Virus record (IMG/VR): IMGVR_UViG_3300027833_000013
Coordinates: 96,001 to 160,000 of that record
Origin: a virus
Length of the DNA: 64,000 bases
Strand: one strand, 5' to 3'
Program-made: the position numbers and the translations under genes
Shown here: positions 49,416-56,337 of the stretch, piece after piece
Layout of the letters: the number at the start of each line of letters is the position of its first letter
How positions within the stretch are numbered: position 1 is the first letter of the stretch
Notes under the pieces: generated by a model
What the model saw: the letters and a program-made list of their open reading frames with translations, nothing else
What the model was told of the DNA's origin: nothing
Database searches by the model: none

Positions 49416-50039
49416 ATGCATAACTTATATTCTTCACTTACACAGTACGGTACTCAGATAGCTCTTAGATCTAAAGAACAATTCCCTTCGGTGCAATATG
49501 TCAAATGGACTGAAGAAAATTTTAAATACGTAAAATATAATCCAAGAAATAGTTTTAATAGATGGGGACTTAGTCTTACTAGCTACGATGGCGGCTTGTC
49601 GGGTATTCCAGATCTTGACAGTTTACATCAGTATAACCTAGAAAATAACACAACTATCGAAGAATCAGAGTTTAATATTCCAACCCCTGCGTACTTAGAT
49701 AACTATCACATACAAGAATTTTTAAAGCCTTATAGCAAGTATATGTACAGAACGCATATACTTAAACTAGATCCAGGTGGATTCTTTCCACAACATAGAG
49801 ATTTTAGAGGTAGCAATTTTAATAGTGTACGGCTTATATCTCCGCTAAAGAACCACTGTACGTTTATTATGGATAACAAAGTGCTTAACTGGGAAAAAGG
49901 ATGGCTATATTTTCTAGACACTGCAAAAGTACATTCACTATTTAACACGCAAACAAAGCCAAGTTATTGGTTAGTAGCTAATATAGATTTAAATGAGGAA
50001 TCGTTTAATATTATAACAGATAATTTTGATAGAAGATAA
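49416..50039 (+). CDS. 2OG-Fe(II) dioxygenase, aspartyl/prolyl beta-hydroxylase-like
   Basis: LDPGGFFPQHRD...YFLDTAKVHSLFN. Likely start MHNLY at 49416. Confidence 0.75.
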   Translation: MHNLYSSLTQYGTQIALRSKEQFPSVQYVKWTEENFKYVKYNPRNSFNRWGLSLTSYDGGLSGIPDLDSLHQYNLENNTTIEESEFNIPTPAYLDNYHIQEFLKPYSKYMYRTHILKLDPGGFFPQHRDFRGSNFNSVRLISPLKNHCTFIMDNKVLNWEKGWLYFLDTAKVHSLFNTQTKPSYWLVANIDLNEESFNIITDNFDRR

Positions 50040-50590
50040 TGAAAATAGAAGTAATAAAAGACAAACACCTTAGTATGCTCCAACAGTTTTGCAACCAATG
50101 TGCAGAATTGCAATATGAAAATAATAAATCTTTAACAGCTATGAAACTATTGTGGTGCAAAGATTGGGGTGAATATTTTTGTGCAATTAAAGATAACAAA
50201 ATAATAGCAGTAGCAGGCTGTCACCCATTGCCAGAAGTAGGCCCTAAGGCCTGGCGTATAATGTTTAGAGGATGCGAACTACCCCAAACTGATACATTTA
50301 AGGGACTAGGCAAAGGCGATTGGAATAGTATTACACAACGTGAAATGATTCCTAAGTTTATCGAATGGTGCCCAAGTGACCAACTATACATTACTACTAA
50401 CACATATCATGAACATTCAAATGGCAAAGCATCGCGCAATCATCGACTGATGGGGTTACTTGCAAAGCAAAAAATACTTGACAAGCACAGTGAAATGATG
50501 TTATACTATACAGAACAGACTGTCTGGAAATTAAATATTCAAGAATATACTAGGCGTAGAAGTTTGTTGAAAGGAAACTATGTGGTTTAA
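50039..50590 (+). CDS. GNAT-like acyltransferase
   Basis: IKDNKIIAVAG...RIMFR...KGLGK...LYITTN...AS pattern of the GNAT fold. Confidence 0.5.
   Translation: MKIEVIKDKHLSMLQQFCNQCAELQYENNKSLTAMKLLWCKDWGEYFCAIKDNKIIAVAGCHPLPEVGPKAWRIMFRGCELPQTDTFKGLGKGDWNSITQREMIPKFIEWCPSDQLYITTNTYHEHSNGKASRNHRLMGLLAKQKILDKHSEMMLYYTEQTVWKLNIQEYTRRRSLLKGNYVV
50478..50507 (+). promoter_or_regulatory. Internal sigma70-like promoter
   Basis: TTGACA (50478-83), 18 bp, extended -10 TGtTATACT (50499-507), ~70 nt upstream of ATG 50580. Confidence 0.5.
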
Positions 50591-50837
50591 TCTTAAACAT
50601 TTACAAGAAGCAAAAACAAAAGCTGGCAAACCTAACGCAGGATACTGGTGGCACTTTAAACTTGCTATAATGGAATTTTTCTTTCTATTATTTGTTTGTA
50701 TTGGAAGCCTAATACATGCAATTTTTCCTTGGGTTCTTGATTTTAAATTATTAGAATGGCGAATTGCTAGGCTAAAACAACTTAAAAAGAAATTACCAGA
50801 TGACCCACAACTAAAGAAGGTACACTTTGATGACTAA
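50580..50837 (+). CDS. Small membrane protein, DUF6356-like
   Basis: HL...Y..H..A followed by a hydrophobic helix ending IHAIFPW. Confidence 0.55.
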   Translation: MWFNLKHLQEAKTKAGKPNAGYWWHFKLAIMEFFFLLFVCIGSLIHAIFPWVLDFKLLEWRIARLKQLKKKLPDDPQLKKVHFDD

Positions 50838-51666
50838 TGTATTAGACTTAATAGCATACAGAGATGGTGAATACAAACCATTGCGAGAAATTGGCCCTAG
50901 TATATTAGATTTTGGATTTATTCATTGTGATGCTACATATGATGTTATGCCTGTTTATAACGGCAAAGCATTTTGTTATGATAGACATTCAACAAGATTT
51001 GAAAACAGTGCAAAACGTTATGGACTAGAGTTGCCAGATGTAGATAGATTATCCATTGTTAAAGAACTTAAAAAACTAAATGATGTTACAGACGCATTTG
51101 TTTGGTTTCTTGTATGGAGAGGCGCACCGCCAAGCGGCAATCCTAGAGATATAAAAAACTGTCCAATACATTTTGCTATGTATATCAAGCCAAGTTATCC
51201 TATTGCAGATAATCCAATTGTAACTTTACATTTAGATACAAATACAAACAGAGTCAGCGATGATTACTATGGACAAGAATATAAAAACATGGCTTGGCTT
51301 GACTTAACAATGAGCCAACGCAATAAACCAAAAGATGCAGACACAACTATTCTTGTAGATGTAGACGGTAATGTTACCGAAGGACCTGGATTTAATGTTG
51401 GCATAGTATCTAACGGAGTTATATACACAGCAGATAAGAATGTTCTCAAAGGCATTACAATGACAGTGGTAGAAGATATCGCAAGGGATAATGGCATCAT
51501 GTTTTGTAGGTTACCAATTTCACAAGAACAGTTTAACAACGCAAACGAAGTGTTTATAACTAGTTCGAGTGGTGGTGTAACAGCAACGCAAAAGTCTGGA
51601 CCTGTTACTGAACTTCTTATTAACAGGTACAAAGACAAAATGGAAGAGTATGGAACCGTATTATAA
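50830..51666 (+). CDS. PLP fold-type IV aminotransferase with (R)-amine-transaminase-like motifs
   Basis: LDFGFIHCDATYDV, AFVWFLVWRG, YKNMAWLDL, EGPGFN, LKGIT, EVFITSSSGG. Confidence 0.85.
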   Translation: MTNVLDLIAYRDGEYKPLREIGPSILDFGFIHCDATYDVMPVYNGKAFCYDRHSTRFENSAKRYGLELPDVDRLSIVKELKKLNDVTDAFVWFLVWRGAPPSGNPRDIKNCPIHFAMYIKPSYPIADNPIVTLHLDTNTNRVSDDYYGQEYKNMAWLDLTMSQRNKPKDADTTILVDVDGNVTEGPGFNVGIVSNGVIYTADKNVLKGITMTVVEDIARDNGIMFCRLPISQEQFNNANEVFITSSSGGVTATQKSGPVTELLINRYKDKMEEYGTVL

Positions 51667-52150
51667 ACTTGTACCATACGCAATTAGTGATCAGACAAAG
51701 CAAGAGTTATTAGATATAGCTCTTGCTCCTGATACATTTGTGGATATAAGCTATAAAATAAGTTTCTTTAAATTACCTAGTACACTACAAAGATTTAATA
51801 CTACTGGATTAAATTGCGTATGTCAACTGCTACGTGTTTCTGAATCTGGTAGCACTATACATAAAGATCGTAATAGGTACAACGAATACGATAATCAGTA
51901 TATGCCTCGACATACTGTAATTAGTTTTGCATTAACTAACAATTGTGGAGAGACACATTTCTATGACGACAATAAGAACTTTGTAACCAGTATAGATTAT
52001 GCAGGCCACGGCGCTATATTAAATACTGGAGAACATTACCATAACGTTCACTTTACAGAAGATAACAATACTAGAATAGTATTTCAATTATGTTTTGAAG
52101 AAAGATTTAGTGAAGTATGTAACTTATATAATAAAGGAATTGTAATATGA
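51650..52150 (+). CDS. 2OG-Fe(II) dioxygenase-like protein
   Basis: IHKD...ETHFY...HYHNV...RIVFQ. Confidence 0.65.
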   Translation: MEPYYKLVPYAISDQTKQELLDIALAPDTFVDISYKISFFKLPSTLQRFNTTGLNCVCQLLRVSESGSTIHKDRNRYNEYDNQYMPRHTVISFALTNNCGETHFYDDNKNFVTSIDYAGHGAILNTGEHYHNVHFTEDNNTRIVFQLCFEERFSEVCNLYNKGIVI

Positions 52151-53514
52151 AAAAGATTATAATAGTCGGCGGTGGATCCGCCGCTTGGGCATCAGCATAC
52201 CAAATTTTACGTAGCGAGTCGGTTGACGAAATACAAGTTATTCACAGTGGTACAGTTCCTATTATTGGAACAGGGGAAGGAGCAACTGGTTCTTTAGATG
52301 ATATAATCCTTAAAGGAGACCATAAAGAGTTTTTAGAAAAAACTAACTCTACAGTTAAGCTAGGGATACTTTTTGAAAACTGGCAAGGCAACGGCACTAA
52401 GTTTAACAAATATGTAGATGCCTGGCATTATGATGCTATAAGAGGTGGCGCCGGAAAAGACATAGACGTTATGTATAAAATACTTGACGAAGGCATAGAC
52501 ACCGACGATGTTAGTATTAATGCTTTTTTAATGAAGCATAAACTACAAGACTTTGAAGAAGTTAAACGACATACATTTCACTTTGATGGTAAGAATGTAG
52601 GACAATTTTTTAAAGATCGTTGTCTTGCTAGTAACAAAGTAACTAGTATAATAGATACCATTACTGATATAGAAGTTAATAATGGAAAAGTGATTAGTTT
52701 ACATGGTGAGAAAGATTCATATATAGCAGATTTTTATATTGACTCAACTGGATTTAGAAGATTATTTGCATCCTTTATTAAGCATGAATTTGAACCTTAC
52801 GAAGAGTGGCTAGATATAAATGCCGCTGTTCCGTTTCTTCTTCCAGCAAAGAAGCAAGCATATACAGTTTCAAGAGCAATGAAGAATGGTTGGATGTGGG
52901 AAGTTCCTAAAACAAATAACTTAGGTTCTGGCTATAACTACAGCACTAAGCATATCTCATCAGATGAAGTAATTGCTGAAGCACAGGAATATCTTGGACA
53001 CAATATTAAACCGATTAAAGTAGTTGAATACACTAGTGGGTGTTATAAAAAAACTGCTGGTCCTAATTATGCATTTATTGGACTAAGTGCAGGTTTTATA
53101 GAACCACTTGAAGCAACAGCATTACATTGTAGCATTTATAGTGCAGAAGAATTAATAAAATACTTTAAAGGTGAAAAAACATTAGATCAATACAATGATT
53201 ATGTATACGAAATGGTAACTGACTTTAGAGACTTCACAATATTGCATTACAGGATGGCAACAAGAAATGATACAAAATTTTGGCAAGATCAAAAGAAGAA
53301 ACCTATCCCAGAAAAGTTACAAGAGCAAATTAAACTATTTGAAAATGGAAGTTTAGAGTGTCTGTACAATACAACACACATATACTTTATGTTTCAAACA
53401 TCAGTTGGATTCAATTTTATTAAAAAGCCAAAAGTATTTGACTATGATAAAACTATTGAAATACCAACATTAGATGCTATAAACAGAATTAAACAAAAAC
53501 ACAATGTGGAATAA
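52147..53514 (+). CDS. Flavin-dependent (tryptophan-halogenase family) halogenase
   Basis: IVGGGSAAW FAD motif, IGTGEG, TVKLGILFENW (catalytic Lys), FYIDSTGF, GWMWEVP (WxWxIP-like), FIEPLEAT. Confidence 0.88.
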   Translation: MKKIIIVGGGSAAWASAYQILRSESVDEIQVIHSGTVPIIGTGEGATGSLDDIILKGDHKEFLEKTNSTVKLGILFENWQGNGTKFNKYVDAWHYDAIRGGAGKDIDVMYKILDEGIDTDDVSINAFLMKHKLQDFEEVKRHTFHFDGKNVGQFFKDRCLASNKVTSIIDTITDIEVNNGKVISLHGEKDSYIADFYIDSTGFRRLFASFIKHEFEPYEEWLDINAAVPFLLPAKKQAYTVSRAMKNGWMWEVPKTNNLGSGYNYSTKHISSDEVIAEAQEYLGHNIKPIKVVEYTSGCYKKTAGPNYAFIGLSAGFIEPLEATALHCSIYSAEELIKYFKGEKTLDQYNDYVYEMVTDFRDFTILHYRMATRNDTKFWQDQKKKPIPEKLQEQIKLFENGSLECLYNTTHIYFMFQTSVGFNFIKKPKVFDYDKTIEIPTLDAINRIKQKHNVE

Positions 53515-53519
53515 TCTGT

Positions 53520-54551
53520 ATGAAAATTAAACACAATATTAAATTAGATTTTAGTGATGTTCTTATTGAACCGAAAGCAAGCAGTGTTCCGCTTACACGT
53601 AAAAGTGTTGACATTGAAATAGATTGGTTAGGTACTACTGCAACTCCTGTAATAGTATCAAACATGCTTAGTACTGGTACTTACAAAATTGCAAATATGC
53701 TTACTCCGTTACGTGTCTTTACGTTCTTACATAAAGAATATACTGCTGAACAGCATATTACAGAGTTAGAAAAAATGCAAGACAGAAAGTTCATTGCTAT
53801 TACAAGTGGTGTACAAAGTTGGGATAAAGAAAAAACAATTGAAGTAGTTTCTAAATTTCCTGACATAGGAATAATTAATGTCGACATTGCAAATGTGTAT
53901 GCTAATATAGACGGCATGATTAAAACTATTAAACTATACAGAGAAAAATTTCCACATATAAAAATTAGTGCAGGCAATATAGCAACGGGTGAACCTATTA
54001 AAGTATTAGCCGATGCCGGCGCAAATTTTATTAAGGTAGGAGTAGGTAGTGGAGCCGCTTGTAGGACACGTTCAGAAGTTGGCACTGGCATACCTCAACT
54101 AAGTGCTATTATGGATTGCTATGAAGAAGCTGTTAAATATAGCGTCGAAATTATTTCAGACGGAGGATGTGTTACTGCCGGAGATGTTTGCAAAGCAATT
54201 GGCGCCGGAGCCAAAATGGTAATGGTAGCTGGCATGGTATCTAAGTCAGAAGAGTGTGATAATATTGTAGAAATAGATGGTAAAAAATATGTAAACTTTT
54301 ATGGGTTAGGCAGTACAACTATGTATAACCGAACAAAACCAACAGAACAAGAGTATAGACCTAACGAAGGCAGAGACTTGCTAATACCGTGTAAAGGGTC
54401 TATTACAAGCGTTATACAGCAGATACAAGGCGGTTTACGTAGTGTATGCACTTATGTAGGTGCAGAACATATAGATCAATTACACAAACGTACAGTGTTT
54501 GTACGTGTAAATAATCAAATAAACAATAGTTTAGCAAGATATGAACAATGA
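53520..54551 (+). CDS. guaC: GMP reductase (IMPDH/GMPR family, no CBS domains)
   Basis: IKLDFSDVLIEPK, VDIAN, AGNIAT, KVGVGSGAACRTR (catalytic Cys), IISDGG, FYG, EGR, GGLRSVCTYVGA. Confidence 0.8.
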   Translation: MKIKHNIKLDFSDVLIEPKASSVPLTRKSVDIEIDWLGTTATPVIVSNMLSTGTYKIANMLTPLRVFTFLHKEYTAEQHITELEKMQDRKFIAITSGVQSWDKEKTIEVVSKFPDIGIINVDIANVYANIDGMIKTIKLYREKFPHIKISAGNIATGEPIKVLADAGANFIKVGVGSGAACRTRSEVGTGIPQLSAIMDCYEEAVKYSVEIISDGGCVTAGDVCKAIGAGAKMVMVAGMVSKSEECDNIVEIDGKKYVNFYGLGSTTMYNRTKPTEQEYRPNEGRDLLIPCKGSITSVIQQIQGGLRSVCTYVGAEHIDQLHKRTVFVRVNNQINNSLARYEQ

Positions 54552-55246
54552 TAGATTATGCACATATACTTAAAAATGGTGTTGAAATAAGTAGTAGTGG
54601 TACTACAGGACCTGCTAAAACAGTCTTTAGAACGCCCGATAACTTACAGGCATGTAATGATGTTGCTATTGATGCACAACAGCTTACACGAAGCTCTAAG
54701 GTGCTTACAGTAACACGTATGACCCACGCAGGCGGCTTATTGACTCAAACATTACCTGCACATAGTATTGGCGCAGAATATAAAATACAACAATTTAATG
54801 TATATACTTTCTTAAAAGACTTTAAAGACTATACACATACATTCTTGGCACCTGCGCAAATGATGGCGTTAATGCATACAAAAGGATTTAAAGATTGTGA
54901 TCTTACTGGTAAGCGTATACTAGGCGGAAGCGATCCTGTTAGTTGGGAAATGATAGAAGCTTTTGTAAGTAAAGGGGCTATTATACAACCTAATTGGGGA
55001 ATGAGCGAAATAGGACCAATTACTATTAATATAGAATTTGATAGTATGGATAAAGTACAGTATGTTAAACAACGATCACCAGATGATTATACTATTATGG
55101 GAGATACCTATTATTGCGATTGGAAAATAGTAAAGCAAGAACTTTACGTTAAAGGACCAACTAGTATATATGATGAATGGTTTGCTACAGGCGACAATGT
55201 AGCATTAGACATGGGTAGAAGGATGTATTATATTGGCCGTAAATAG
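54548..55246 (+). CDS. Miniature adenylate-forming (AMP-binding, ANL family) enzyme
   Basis: SSGTTGPAK (A3), HAGG, WGMSE (A5), WFATGD (A7); ends at YIGRK (A8). Confidence 0.8.
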   Translation: MIDYAHILKNGVEISSSGTTGPAKTVFRTPDNLQACNDVAIDAQQLTRSSKVLTVTRMTHAGGLLTQTLPAHSIGAEYKIQQFNVYTFLKDFKDYTHTFLAPAQMMALMHTKGFKDCDLTGKRILGGSDPVSWEMIEAFVSKGAIIQPNWGMSEIGPITINIEFDSMDKVQYVKQRSPDDYTIMGDTYYCDWKIVKQELYVKGPTSIYDEWFATGDNVALDMGRRMYYIGRK

Positions 55247-55769
55247 AATTGTAGCATTTGGTTGTTCTAATACTGTTGGCGAAGCATGTAGCACTAATTG
55301 GCCAAAAGAATTAGGACTATTATTAGACTGTGAAGTTGTAAATTGTGCTGAAATAGGATGCAGTGGACGTTATATTATACACGCAATGCGACATTTTAAA
55401 TTTGAAAAAGATGATGTTTGTATTGTAGCATGGCCTGAAATAACTCGATATTGTTGGTTAAAAGGCGAAAATAACTTTAAACATATCGGAGTATGGAAAG
55501 ATTCTGATAGTACATTATATAAAAAGTATTTTTCAGATTATCATGCTGAACAAGATTTTTACTTGTACGAAGATTATGCTAGGTTATATGCAAAACAAAA
55601 TAATATTACCTATTTAGATTATTTAAGTTGTTATACCTTTGTAAATACTAAAAAGCATAAAATGGAATTACATGACTATGGAACAGATGATAAACATCCG
55701 GGTAAACTTAGTCATATAATTTTTGCACAACAAATTAGAAAGGATATAAAAGATGGAGCCGTATTTTAA
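55233..55769 (+). CDS. SGNH/GDSL-like hydrolase or acyltransferase
   Basis: VAFGCSNTVG, NCAEIGCS, IVAWP, DDKHPG..SH; TTG start. Confidence 0.6.
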   Translation: MAVNRIVAFGCSNTVGEACSTNWPKELGLLLDCEVVNCAEIGCSGRYIIHAMRHFKFEKDDVCIVAWPEITRYCWLKGENNFKHIGVWKDSDSTLYKKYFSDYHAEQDFYLYEDYARLYAKQNNITYLDYLSCYTFVNTKKHKMELHDYGTDDKHPGKLSHIIFAQQIRKDIKDGAVF

Positions 55770-56337
55770 GTATGTAGAAGGTATAAATTTTACACCTGAA
55801 ACACGTAAAAAACTTGCAGATAATATTTTATCTAATGCTGAAGATTATATCAGAAGTGCTAATTATAGACATAATAAGTACGGAAAATATGATTGGAATT
55901 GGTTCTGTCCACGTAACTTAATTCCTACAAAACTTATGGACGAAGTTGGTAAACGTTTTAATATACCAGTTTCATATGAAATACTAGGACAAACACCTTA
56001 TACAGATGGTAAGATACATACTGATCGAAAAGTAGAAGGACTTCCGCCTAGAGTTACACTAATAAACTTTCCAATATATCCGTTTGATATGAGCGTATAT
56101 GGACCAACTAATTTCTTTAAATTAATTGAAGGAAGTTACTCAGACTATGACAATGCTATATTTGAATTACAGTGTAGTGTTGATTACAGTCATAATCTTC
56201 CTGTAATTTTTAATCTACAAGAATATCACAATGCAGTAAACGATACAGATGATTACAGATTTAATTGTCAGTTTACAACTGACCTAGAAGGTCCTGAGAT
56301 ATTTGAACTTTATAATTCTGGTAAGTTGTTTACTTAG
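55753..56337 (+). CDS. 2OG-Fe(II) dioxygenase-like protein, paralog of 51650
   Basis: MEPY start, IHTD...PTNFF...YHNAVN..RFNCQ. Confidence 0.65.
   Translation: MEPYFKYVEGINFTPETRKKLADNILSNAEDYIRSANYRHNKYGKYDWNWFCPRNLIPTKLMDEVGKRFNIPVSYEILGQTPYTDGKIHTDRKVEGLPPRVTLINFPIYPFDMSVYGPTNFFKLIEGSYSDYDNAIFELQCSVDYSHNLPVIFNLQEYHNAVNDTDDYRFNCQFTTDLEGPEIFELYNSGKLFT

Noticed and set aside
20505-56337. Bacterial chromosomal biosynthetic gene cluster or host contamination
   Set aside because: Contiguous with phage structural genes on both sides, shares phage late-like promoter motifs, and lacks regulators, transporters and housekeeping genes
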